Shown: one piece after another, positions 30,598-41,018 of the stretch
Numbering within the stretch: the stretch's first letter is position 1
Layout: every line of letters begins with the position of its first letter
NCBI GenBank assembly: GCA_963736105.1
Contig: CAVTNL010000001.1
Coordinates: 862,688 to 926,687, forward strand
DNA from: an uncultured Nitrospiraceae bacterium
Lineage (GTDB): Bacteria > Nitrospirota > Thermodesulfovibrionia > Thermodesulfovibrionales > Dissulfurispiraceae
DNA: 64,000 nt
Direction: 5' to 3'
Position numbers and translations under genes: made by a program
The notes under the pieces: model-generated
Database searches by the model: none
Seen by the model: the letters and a program-made list of their open reading frames with translations, nothing else
Told to the model about the DNA's origin: nothing

Positions 30598-30991
30598 AAG
30601 TACGCGGATGATAACGCATTTCTATCTTGCCTGTCGATTTCTATCGAGTTGCGTATTATCCTTGTTTGCACAGATCTCGGGTACTACTCATAACAAACAT
30701 ATCTAATCATCCTGGTTATTATAGTGAGTACAATCGGAAGGCGTGAATGTTCATGCTGTTTTCCCCCTCTTAGGTGATACTCTTCTTGTAGTTAAGCGAG
30801 TCAGCCGATATTATCCATATCTGGAGGCAAGAAAATGGCTACGCTTATGGACAAAATGGCCTGATTAGTCTAAAATCAAGCACAGAGAAGGGGAATCGAG
30901 AATTAAATAGCTATTGAAAATAGTCAGGCTTAGAGATTCATAATATTGTGGCAAATCAAAGGTAAATGCAGCCAATAATTATGGAGGCACA

Positions 30992-33010
30992 ATGGAAAGT
31001 ATTTTACATTTTATCGGCGTACTTTCAGTAGGTGGACTATTAATAGGGATTTTGGCGTTAATCTCGGCGTATCAATCAGTTGTTATTGTCGGCGGTAAAG
31101 AGATTGCTCTTATTGAACGGAGGTGGTTAGGTAAGAAGATGCCCCAAGGCAGGGTTGTTGCCATGAACGGCGAAGTTGGCATTCAGGCAAGGACACTTGG
31201 TCCAGGCATGCATTTTCTTTTTCCGTTTATTTATACTGCAAAAAAGAGCGAGTTTGTGGAGATTATGGACGGAAAGGTTGGTCTTATCGAGTCAGTCGAT
31301 GGCGGCCCAATCCCGCCTGGGAAAATATTCGCAAAAGTAATACAGGGACATAATTCTTTTCAGGACGGAGAGGCGTTCCTGCAAAACGGAGGTCAGAAAG
31401 GTCCTCAAATTGATATTCTCCCTCCTGGTAAATACAGAATCAATCCTTATCTATTCAAGGTATCGATAGCTAATGCAGTTGTTATTGAAAAGGGACAGGT
31501 GGGTGTTGTTACATCGCAAGATGGCAACCCTATAGCATCCGGGAGACTGTTGGCAGCCAGTGTGCCTGACCATCATAATTTTGAAGACGGTGAAAAGTTT
31601 CTCACGAATGGCGGCCAAAAGGGTCCACAGCTAGATATCCTACTCCCGGGCACATATCGTATCAACCTTCATTTATTCCAAGTGGCGACTGAGCCGGCCG
31701 CAGTGATTGAGTCTGCCAAAGTTGGCTTGGTTACAGCCAAGGACGGAGATCCACTCCCTGAGAAAGAATATGTTGCCAAATCAGTAGCCGGACACTCCGA
31801 TTTTCAGGATGCTAATGCCTTTCTTAAAGGCGGCGGACAACGTGGCCCGCAGCTTGATGTTCTTAAACCCGGCACCTACTATATAAACCCATTAATGTTT
31901 AATGTCGCTTTTGATGATGTTGCAGTTGTTGAGCGTGGACAGGTTGCCGTTGTCGTTTCGAACGTAGGTGAAGAGCCAACGGCTGACATGAAGAAACGAC
32001 TCGGCTCGACTCAAATGGGGGCTACCGAAGAAGAAGGCAAAGAGAAATATGTGGTTCCCAAAGGATATAGAGGAATCCAGGAAGAAGTGGCCGGCCCTGG
32101 CAAATACTATCTTAATAGGTTAGCCTTTATGCCCTATATCATCGACACAACTAACATTACTATAGACTGGGATGACTCAAAAGAGACAAGGTTTGACCCA
32201 TTGAGTGTTATTTCAAAAGACGGATTTCCTATCGGCGTGTCAGTTAAAGTAGTTGTAAGAGTCAGACCAGATCAGGCTCCTTATATGGTTGCCAAAGTCG
32301 GCTCGATTGACAACCTCATTCTTCACGTTATTCATCCAATGATTGATTCCAGTTTCAGAAATCAAGCATCAACAACTTCAGCCATGAACTTTATGCAGGA
32401 CAGACAAGAAGAACAGACAAAGGCTGAAACAAGGGCTCGGATGGAACTTGAAAAGTATCATGTTGAGTGTGTGTCAGTCCTTATTTGTCAGATAAAACTT
32501 CCACAGGAGCTGATGGATACACAGACAAAGAAAATTATTGCTCAGCAACAGACTGAACAGTACACGGAACAGCAGAAGGCTGAAGTTACAAGGATTGAGA
32601 TGGAAAAGACTAAGGCCACAGCTGACCAACAGCCGGAACTTGTTCGGGCGGAGATTGCAGTCAAAGTTGCCGATCAAAAGAAAAGGGAGACAGTTACACT
32701 CGCCGAAGGTAACGCTGAAAGTGCAAGACTTAAAGGCGAAGGTGATGCCAAGGCAATCGAGTCAATTGGTACGGCTACCGCAGAAGCCTATGAAAAGCAG
32801 AAAACAGCCATTGGGCCGCAGGCCATTATGGCTATCGAACTTGCAAAACATATCGCTACGGGCAAGATTAAGATTATGCCTGATATTCTTACAATCGGCA
32901 GTGGCGGCGCATCTGAAGGGCTCGCGACCGTGCTTACTCAGGCTATTGCTCTGAGTGGTATGAAGATTGACGCTAGCAAGGCCGCTGTCAAACAAACGAC
33001 AGATTCATGA
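30992..33010 (+). CDS. Flotillin/SPFH (band-7) family membrane protein with five tandem SPFH-N-like repeats and a C-terminal coiled coil
   Basis: N-terminal TM. Repeated roughly 72-aa unit of the form G.VGVV...DG.P......A..V.GH..FQDGEAFL.NGGQKGPQ.DIL.PG.Y.IN. The flotillin-like EA/Q-rich coiled coil QQQTEQYTEQQKAEVTRIEMEKTKA.... Confidence 0.7.
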   Translation: MESILHFIGVLSVGGLLIGILALISAYQSVVIVGGKEIALIERRWLGKKMPQGRVVAMNGEVGIQARTLGPGMHFLFPFIYTAKKSEFVEIMDGKVGLIESVDGGPIPPGKIFAKVIQGHNSFQDGEAFLQNGGQKGPQIDILPPGKYRINPYLFKVSIANAVVIEKGQVGVVTSQDGNPIASGRLLAASVPDHHNFEDGEKFLTNGGQKGPQLDILLPGTYRINLHLFQVATEPAAVIESAKVGLVTAKDGDPLPEKEYVAKSVAGHSDFQDANAFLKGGGQRGPQLDVLKPGTYYINPLMFNVAFDDVAVVERGQVAVVVSNVGEEPTADMKKRLGSTQMGATEEEGKEKYVVPKGYRGIQEEVAGPGKYYLNRLAFMPYIIDTTNITIDWDDSKETRFDPLSVISKDGFPIGVSVKVVVRVRPDQAPYMVAKVGSIDNLILHVIHPMIDSSFRNQASTTSAMNFMQDRQEEQTKAETRARMELEKYHVECVSVLICQIKLPQELMDTQTKKIIAQQQTEQYTEQQKAEVTRIEMEKTKATADQQPELVRAEIAVKVADQKKRETVTLAEGNAESARLKGEGDAKAIESIGTATAEAYEKQKTAIGPQAIMAIELAKHIATGKIKIMPDILTIGSGGASEGLATVLTQAIALSGMKIDASKAAVKQTTDS

Positions 33011-33290
33011 GCTTGTTGTAATAACGTCGCCATTTTCCGCTGTAATTTGACAAGAGTTGTTAATAACATGGTTGCTTCAGCTAGCCCAGAAAGCCGAGAG
33101 AAGATTATTATGATGAGAAAGTTGTGGACAAAATGTAGACGTGTTATTTGTGTTGCGGTAGTGTTATCGCTACCGTTTCAGATTTGTGGCTTTTCGCTCG
33201 TACATCAGTGTATTTATGATACTTCCCAGTAATAGCTTCAGTGTGGCCTTCCCGACGAAAGAGGCTAAGCTCTGAATTCGTCCAAAACTA

Positions 33291-34097
33291 TTATCCGATC
33301 TGGAAGCATCTCATCGAAATCGAACCGTGCTGAAAGCCTTCGTAGGTGAATGTTACAGACTCGCTCTTTTCCTGCAGGGCGAGCACATAAAGCATCGGCA
33401 GGTAATGGTCGGGTGTCGGAACAGCTAGTTCGGCACCATGTCCCATGTTGCGGTATATGATCAAATTGCTGTGGTTGCGGTCCAGAATATGCCTCTTCAC
33501 CTTTTCATCGAATTCTGCTGCCCAGGGGAATACAGGCGCATCGACGTTCCAGTCGATCATTGAAAGATTGTGCACTATGTTTCCGCTTCCGATAATCATT
33601 ATCCCCTCTGTCCGCAGTTCTGAAAGCTCAGCCGCAAGGTCGTAATGATATTGCATCGGCTTCGGCTTCCAATCATTGAACGAATAGTCGAGGCTCAATT
33701 CGAATACCGGGACGTCTGCATCCGGATACATGTGCTTCAGGACCGACCATGACGCATGATCGAGTCCCCACTCCTCATCGCACTCAACATCTGTTTTACG
33801 AACGACCGATATCACTGATTTAGCATCGTGTGGTGAACCGGGACTTGGATAGTTGACGCTGTAAAGATTCGGAGGGAACCCGTAGAAATCGTGAATCGTC
33901 TTCGGCTTCTCAGTGCAGGCGACGAAAGTGCCTGAAGTGAGCCAATGGGCTGAAACGACCATGATAGCACGCGGCTTTGGCAGCCTCTTTCCCCATGCAG
34001 CCAGGCTTCGGGTAAAGCTGTTGTCGAGGATGATGTTCATAGGCGAGCCATGCCCTACGAACAAGACCGGCATCCTGTCCTTCAAGGAACCCTCCAA
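33291..34097 (-). CDS. ygiD: Class III extradiol dioxygenase (4,5-DOPA dioxygenase YgiD / LigB family)
   Basis: PVLFVGHGSPMN...VVSAHW...IGSGNIVHNL motifs. Confidence 0.8.
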   Translation of the reverse strand: MEGSLKDRMPVLFVGHGSPMNIILDNSFTRSLAAWGKRLPKPRAIMVVSAHWLTSGTFVACTEKPKTIHDFYGFPPNLYSVNYPSPGSPHDAKSVISVVRKTDVECDEEWGLDHASWSVLKHMYPDADVPVFELSLDYSFNDWKPKPMQYHYDLAAELSELRTEGIMIIGSGNIVHNLSMIDWNVDAPVFPWAAEFDEKVKRHILDRNHSNLIIYRNMGHGAELAVPTPDHYLPMLYVLALQEKSESVTFTYEGFQHGSISMRCFQIG

Positions 34098-34110
34098 CTA
34101 GTTCGAAGAT

Positions 34111-34581
34111 CTATTTCTTGGCCATCTGTGCGAAAAATGCTTTGGCGCCTTCTTCTATTTGCTGGTTTGTCAGATCCCTTGTATGAGTGGCCAGCATCCA
34201 GCTGTAGCCGAATTTATCCTGGACAGTTCCGGCCCTGTCGCCCCAGAACATATCCTGAACCGGCATCTTCACCTCTGCACCGGCTTCAACCGCTTTCTTG
34301 AAAGCTTCGTCAACAGCCTCGGTGTAAATATAGAAGCTAACGGGAGAACCGCCTGCCGTCGCCGCGCTCTTGCAGGGATTCTGCGGATTCTCCTCACTCA
34401 TCATGATTATAGAGTTGCCGATCAATATCTCTGCGTGCATTACACCCTTGCCGTTGGGTCCAGGCATGACAAAACGTTCAACCGCTCCCAATGCCCGCTT
34501 ATAAAACTCGATGGCCTTCCGCACATCCTTGAATACAACCATCGGTGTTACACTGTGAAATCCTTCTGCTATCGCAGTTGC
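34111..34581 (-). CDS. VOC-family protein (glyoxalase/PhnB-like)
   Basis: MATAIAEGFHSVTPMVVFKDVRKAIEFYKRALGA...; likely start at 34581 rather than 34749. Confidence 0.7.
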   Translation of the reverse strand, partial: ATAIAEGFHSVTPMVVFKDVRKAIEFYKRALGAVERFVMPGPNGKGVMHAEILIGNSIIMMSEENPQNPCKSAATAGGSPVSFYIYTEAVDEAFKKAVEAGAEVKMPVQDMFWGDRAGTVQDKFGYSWMLATHTRDLTNQQIEEGAKAFFAQMAKK

Positions 34582-34793
34582 CATTAAATGCCTCCTTTTA
34601 AGACATGCTGTATTTCTTAAAGTCCATATCTTAAAGCTTAGCAAGCAGATTAAGGGTGTCAATATTTGAACTCCAAATAAAATGACTTGCTCTGTCGCGT
34701 GCATTTGCTTTATGAGGAAGGACCCTGCGTTAGTCACTACTAATAACAATCTATTTTGCCAGCAACATGAATTTAGAGATTTCTGGAAATAAA

Positions 34794-36273
34794 CCCAGAA
34801 TTGTCATTAGAGATGAGAAGTGAATGAAACGGGCAGATCAAAATCTTTTGATTTGCCCCAGAGCCCCTCAAACCATTGCCGTCGTCGCATCGCCAGGCAA
34901 AGCTTAAGAATACGTCTATTCCCATCTTTGACTAAGTAGCCGCCGGCAGCAAATATCTTGTATCGCATTGTCTTTAAAGTTGGTTGGACCTTACTGCACA
35001 AGACCACCTGGCGAAACAGACTCATCAGGTTATAGGCAAGCATTACGCAGTTCATTGCTGTTTCAGTGGCGCTGAAACTTTGCATATTGAAGCTGTCAGC
35101 ACCAAAGTCATACTTCAGTTCCTTGATCCGGGTTTCAGCATCCGCTGGCAGCCGGTAGATTTTCCATACAAGATGAGCGGGAAGCTCCAGGCTAGTAACA
35201 AAACAGCCATATCGATAGTCCCTGATCTCCACTTCCTCTGCAAACAATCTCAACACTTTGCCAGTTGCCTTCGGCCTTCTGGAAACCCGCTGTCGCACCA
35301 TGACCATTCTGCGCTCTTTACCCCAGCCATTGGCCCCGTAAAGAACTGAAGCCACTTCTATGCCCTCTTCAACCTCAAACCACTGCCGATGCGCCGCAAG
35401 CATGCGTTGCACAGGCGCATGTAGTCGTGTCGCAATAATATAGGGGATTGTATGCTGAGGTTCCTCAAGATACTCCAGTATAGTCTTCTGGTAAAAACCG
35501 CTATCTGCGCGCAACAGACCAACCTTCTTGCCGGCAAGGTGCTCAAGAGTGTCTTGCAGAAATCCCTCAAAGTTATTTGCCGTATGAGCATCGCCAGATC
35601 TCAGCCAGCAGTTGGCGACCATTCGGCAATCTGCAACAAATGCGAGCAGTGGATGATGGGAGTTTCTTCCAGGCTTCCGCGGATTGTACCCGCGACGAGC
35701 CCCTTCCTGTTGCCCGTACCGACTCATAACCGTTGAGTCCAAATCCAAGGTGAAGTTATCAAAATGCAGGTGCTCAAAAAACCACCGATAGAGCTCCTGA
35801 AACACTCTCTGGTTCGTTGCTTGCCCAAACTTCCTGAAATATCTTTGAACTGACTTATGCCCGGCCATACGTCTGTAATCAAATATCTTCCGTATCGCTT
35901 CATCATACCGAGTGACTTCCAAATGCTCAAATCGGTTGGCTCCGCACCACACGCTTACTAGAAACTGTTCTATCAGTTGTTCAGGTGCATACCCCCGATT
36001 GGAACCTTGCATCGGCAGTGCTGCCCGCTTTAATGCTCCCCGAAAGTCCATTTTCCCAAGCATCCGGTTCATTAGCGCCATGCCGCCCCATGGGGTTATT
36101 TCTTTGTCGCTAAAGCTCAGCTCAGGCTCTCGTGCCATGTATCGGTTCCTTACGCCATTTTCGCTTCCGATTGTGCCAAAGGCATTGAAATATCTTATCG
36201 CTTTTTCAGTAACTTATCCAGACCATTTCCTAATGGCGGCCATTAGAAATCCTTGGCTAATGACAATTCTGGG
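34794..36273 (-). mobile_element. IS1380-family insertion sequence, copy 1 (1480 bp)
   Basis: Perfect 17-bp terminal inverted repeats: CCCAGAATTGTCATTAG (34794-34810) and CTAATGACAATTCTGGG (36257-36273). Single 443-aa DDE transposase. Flanks are ATAAA (left) and TTAAT (right). Confidence 0.8.
34807..36138 (-). CDS. IS1380-family DDE transposase
   Basis: LDLDSTVMSRYGQQEGARRGYNPRKPGRNSHHPLLAFVADCRMVANCWLRSGDAHTANN matches the IS1380/ISEcp1 transposase core. Confidence 0.85.
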   Translation of the reverse strand: MAREPELSFSDKEITPWGGMALMNRMLGKMDFRGALKRAALPMQGSNRGYAPEQLIEQFLVSVWCGANRFEHLEVTRYDEAIRKIFDYRRMAGHKSVQRYFRKFGQATNQRVFQELYRWFFEHLHFDNFTLDLDSTVMSRYGQQEGARRGYNPRKPGRNSHHPLLAFVADCRMVANCWLRSGDAHTANNFEGFLQDTLEHLAGKKVGLLRADSGFYQKTILEYLEEPQHTIPYIIATRLHAPVQRMLAAHRQWFEVEEGIEVASVLYGANGWGKERRMVMVRQRVSRRPKATGKVLRLFAEEVEIRDYRYGCFVTSLELPAHLVWKIYRLPADAETRIKELKYDFGADSFNMQSFSATETAMNCVMLAYNLMSLFRQVVLCSKVQPTLKTMRYKIFAAGGYLVKDGNRRILKLCLAMRRRQWFEGLWGKSKDFDLPVSFTSHL

Positions 36274-36443
36274 TTAATTAATGAAATCGATTTCGTGACA
36301 ACTACTTACAACTCTTACCGCGGAGGTACAACTCATTATTCGAGCTTTCTTTCGGTAATCGAGGGTCACTGACAATCGCTTTGAGCCGCCTCTTTTCGGA
36401 ATTATGATATAATTTGAGAAAATCACGTGTTGTAACAAAGTTT

Positions 36444-37466
<1,023 letters not shown>

Positions 37467-37746
37467 CTATTTCCAAACTATTTTCTGAAGTGCTCATATT
37501 TTCGCCACCCTGCCAATTGTCGATCCGAGGGGTCGTGGTACTCCCCCCGTAGACCGAGAAGTCACCACAGTCGACATAGTTGTGATACCACAGGGCGCCT
37601 GCACCACGGTATCACAACTATGTCTTCTTTGGCCCGACGGCCGGGATCTTATGCTGGCACTGGCCACTCACTCATTCATTCAGTAAGCAAGGGCCCGTGA
37701 TCGAAAGTAGCTGCCCGCCAGATTTAGCCAATCGCCTCGATGCAAT

Positions 37747-38544
37747 TTAATTGATCCAACCCTGTTTTTGAAATCGCTTCTTAAGCACATCGGCAATTGC
37801 CTCGGCGGTCTGGTCGGCCCTACCTTCAACCTTACTCTTACCACTCTTTTCCCCATACACTTTGACCGCTCCGCCGACGATGAGTCCAGCCGGGTTTCCT
37901 GTGGCAATCAGTGTGGCAGCTCCTACAGCACCCCCCGGAGCTTTGCCTCCGCCGGAATCGGTTGTACCAGATCCCAGTTTGCGCAGTCCCTGCTCCGTCA
38001 TCTGGAAGCCTTCAGCATACACCTTCAGCTCAGACGCGCCAGACCCAAATCCGATAGCTACACGCTTGGCGGCACTGCCCTCATTAAATGAAACGAGATA
38101 GCCCCGGATCACAATGTCGTTGATCTGGACCGGCGGTGTAGTTCCGATCATTACCTGCTGTGCAGTAAGTCCCATGGTGTTGATATATCCGACCAACTTA
38201 GCCGCAATTTGAGCACCTAGCTTCCGGCCGGTCTCGATATACTCGGCAGTTTGGTACGTGTCGTCCGTTGAATACTGGCCGGCAAGCGAGGAGTCGGCTG
38301 GCATATCGGCTGCCGTGGCAGCGAAGTCGTACACCCAGATGGTAGCTGGCCGCAGTAGTTGCTCGGTCACAAGTGGCTCGGTGCTCACCTTGGTTGAAGC
38401 ACACCCAACGGCCACGACCATGGCGAACAGGCATATTACTATTGTCGCAATATTACTTCGACATGCCGAGAAGCGTTCGGGTGATTTGCAGGATAACGGA
38501 AGCGTCAGACGGCCGTTGGTACTGTTACAGGTTCGATTATTCAT
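37747..38544 (-). CDS. Hypothetical lipoprotein (Gly-rich C-terminal half)
   Basis: AVGCAS lipobox-like signal. The true start is probably an internal Met. Confidence 0.35.
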   Translation of the reverse strand: MNNRTCNSTNGRLTLPLSCKSPERFSACRSNIATIVICLFAMVVAVGCASTKVSTEPLVTEQLLRPATIWVYDFAATAADMPADSSLAGQYSTDDTYQTAEYIETGRKLGAQIAAKLVGYINTMGLTAQQVMIGTTPPVQINDIVIRGYLVSFNEGSAAKRVAIGFGSGASELKVYAEGFQMTEQGLRKLGSGTTDSGGGKAPGGAVGAATLIATGNPAGLIVGGAVKVYGEKSGKSKVEGRADQTAEAIADVLKKRFQKQGWIN

Positions 38545-39125
38545 AGGTATTCCTCCTTTTAGGACAGCATTGATATAGTGAGAAAAAGTGAGGCATTCGT
38601 GTCATATATTTCTCCTTTCTGGAGTTGTTGGTGGTCTGCAAACGTTTTCTGAGACAACATGTGAATGTGTATGAGATTCTCCGTTGCATCATTCAGTTGA
38701 AAAGGACGTTGTAGGCACATGGTCTTTAGTTGATAGTATATCAAGTTTCTGTTTAATATTAGTTACGGCAAATCCGAGCGGATCCACGATGATTTTAGCT
38801 CAGAAATTTCAGTGTATGCAGGATACCCGTTCGAAAGGATTGCTGTGACCAGTTGAGTGTGCATCTCGATATTTCTTCATGCGTGATGATTAGTGGAATG
38901 ACCAGCTGGAGCGCATCGCCCTTACCGATGACTCCTTGGTGACAGTAAGAAGATACTACTGAGAGTTGCTACTTATAATCGCGATTTCGCCAGCCGCAGT
39001 AAAGATGCGAGGTTTCTTCCGGTAATCTCCGTCTATTTTGCACTGGCAACACCATTATCAAGTTTGACAAACAAACGCGAAGTTGTATCTTTTGCCTATG
39101 GACAGCTTGACAAGATGTACCAATT

Positions 39126-39491
39126 ATGGTACATATATCTATGGAGCACAGAGAACCTGTTCTGCAAGTGATCTTCTATCGAAGCGAAAACGGCATTGAA
39201 CCCGTGAGAGAATGGCTCAAAGAGTTACGGAAAGAAGACCGCAAGGCAGTCGGCGGGGATATAAAAACTGCTCAGTTCGGATGGCCACTTGGCATGCCTC
39301 TTATCAGGAAAATTGAAAAGGATCTGTGGGAAGTCAGGTCCAATATAAAAGACGGCATTGCCAGAACGTTCTTCACGGTCGATACAAACACTATGGTGCT
39401 GCTCCATGGGTTTGTCAAAAAATCGCAGAAAACTCCGCCCAATGAACTACAGACAGCCAGGCGGAGAATGAGAAATATTCTTGGAGGTTAA
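39126..39491 (+). CDS. higB: Type II toxin, RelE/HigB (Gp49/DUF891)-like
   Basis: 121 aa; toxin-first arrangement overlapping the downstream HTH gene. ...DLWEVRSNIKDGIARTFF.... Confidence 0.65.
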   Translation: MVHISMEHREPVLQVIFYRSENGIEPVREWLKELRKEDRKAVGGDIKTAQFGWPLGMPLIRKIEKDLWEVRSNIKDGIARTFFTVDTNTMVLLHGFVKKSQKTPPNELQTARRRMRNILGG

Positions 39492-39774
39492 GATGAAAAG
39501 CAAACATATCGGCGGCGATTTTGATGATTTTCTCAGGGAGCAGGACATGCTTGCCGGGGCTCAGGCCGTTGCATTGAAGCGAGTGCTCACTTTCCAGATA
39601 GAAAAGGAAATGACGAAGAAAGGGTTAACTAAGGTTGAGATGGCAAATCGGATGCAGACAAGTCGTACAGCTGTGGACAGGCTGCTTGATCCCGAAAATA
39701 TTTCGATCACATTAAATACTTTGGAAAAGGCCGCGCTTGTGCTCGGTAAGAAGTTGAGCATTAGTCTGGGATGA
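39481..39774 (+). CDS. higA: HTH XRE-family antitoxin (HigA-like)
   Basis: LTKVEMANRMQTSRTAVDRLL helix-turn-helix; overlaps the toxin stop by 11 nt. Confidence 0.65.
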   Translation: MEVKMKSKHIGGDFDDFLREQDMLAGAQAVALKRVLTFQIEKEMTKKGLTKVEMANRMQTSRTAVDRLLDPENISITLNTLEKAALVLGKKLSISLG

Positions 39775-39886
39775 CACCTGCCTGACGAATAGAGACTGCT
39801 ACTTATTATCAAGTGCGACAAGAAGTCGCATGTGTAATTGTTCCAAATCACGGGGCGTCGTGATTGAGGGAACCCTCTATTCCGTT

Positions 39887-40061
39887 CAAGCCGGTAGCTT
39901 AGGGTGTTGATAGATTGCTGCAACTCATTGTTAAATTGCGACAATGAAGGCATAATCAATCAGGATAAATCTTATGCAGATACCATAGCCCCAAAGCTTT
40001 GATATTGTAGCGTTAAAGGCATAGAAGGATAATTTTATCAACACCCTAAGCTACCGGCTTG
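39887..40061. mobile_element. MITE-like 175-bp element with 26-bp perfect TIRs and a 9-bp target-site duplication
   Basis: TIR CAAGCCGGTAGCTTAGGGTGTTGATA (39887-39912) against its reverse complement TATCAACACCCTAAGCTACCGGCTTG (40036-40061). Flanked by direct repeats TATTCCGTT (39878-39886 and 40062-40070). No ORF inside. Confidence 0.6.
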
Positions 40062-40325
40062 TATTCCGTTAGAGGTAGCCTACTTTCCTGAATAAAGTGC
40101 GGAAAGGAAAATGGTAATCTGGCCTGAAAGGCCTAATCAGCGCCGTGAGGCAATGAGATATCTGCCCCATGTATATTTGAGGGAAGAAATGTACCACATT
40201 CATATAATGAGAAATTTTGGTGTGACCGAAGATAGGGTTCATCTGTCTTTCGATAAATTATTGCAGCATTTATGAATAACTAGACATCGCTGCTGTGCCT
40301 CGGTTTATATGATAATATAAACCAT

Positions 40326-41018
40326 ATGGAGCGCAGGAAGATCCTCATAGTAGAAGACGAAAAGAAGATTTCCGATATCATAAAATCCTATCTCGAGCGT
40401 GATGGTTTCGATGTGACTGTCGCTTCTACAGGTGCTGCCGCCCTCAGGGAAATTGGGAACAGGTTCGATCTTGCCGTACTCGACCTAAAGCTTCCAGATA
40501 TTGATGGAGAGACGATCTGCAAATCCATAAGGCAGATTTCAGACATGCCTGTAATAATGCTCACAGCAAAAAGTGCCGAGGATGACAGGGTGAAAGGGCT
40601 ATCTATAGGCGCTGACGACTATGTAATTAAACCGTTCAGTGTCAGGGAGCTTGTAGCCAGGGTGCAAGCCCATCTAAGACGTTCAAAAAAGGATGAACAA
40701 AAGCAAATATCCTTTAACAGTGGTTCACTGGTTATCGACACGCTCTCGCGAGAAGTCAAAAAAAATGGTTCTGTCGTGGTCCTCACTAACACCGAGTTCA
40801 GCATACTGCTCAGCCTTGCTGAACGGCCAAATATAGTCTTCGGCCGCCTACAGTTAATCAATATAGTGCAGGGCTTCGATTTCGAAGGTTTCGACAGGGT
40901 AGTCGACACTCATATCAAAAATCTCAGGCACAAGATCGAAGACAATCCCCAGAAGCCCTCCTTTATCAAGACCGTCTACGGCATGGGTTACAAGTTCATC
41001 GGGGAGCCGGACAAATGA
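40326..41018 (+). CDS. OmpR-family response regulator (CusR/CopR-like)
   Basis: Receiver domain (DLAVLDLKLPDIDG, TAKS) plus winged-helix trans_reg_C (TVYGMGYKF). Confidence 0.85.
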   Translation: MERRKILIVEDEKKISDIIKSYLERDGFDVTVASTGAAALREIGNRFDLAVLDLKLPDIDGETICKSIRQISDMPVIMLTAKSAEDDRVKGLSIGADDYVIKPFSVRELVARVQAHLRRSKKDEQKQISFNSGSLVIDTLSREVKKNGSVVVLTNTEFSILLSLAERPNIVFGRLQLINIVQGFDFEGFDRVVDTHIKNLRHKIEDNPQKPSFIKTVYGMGYKFIGEPDK

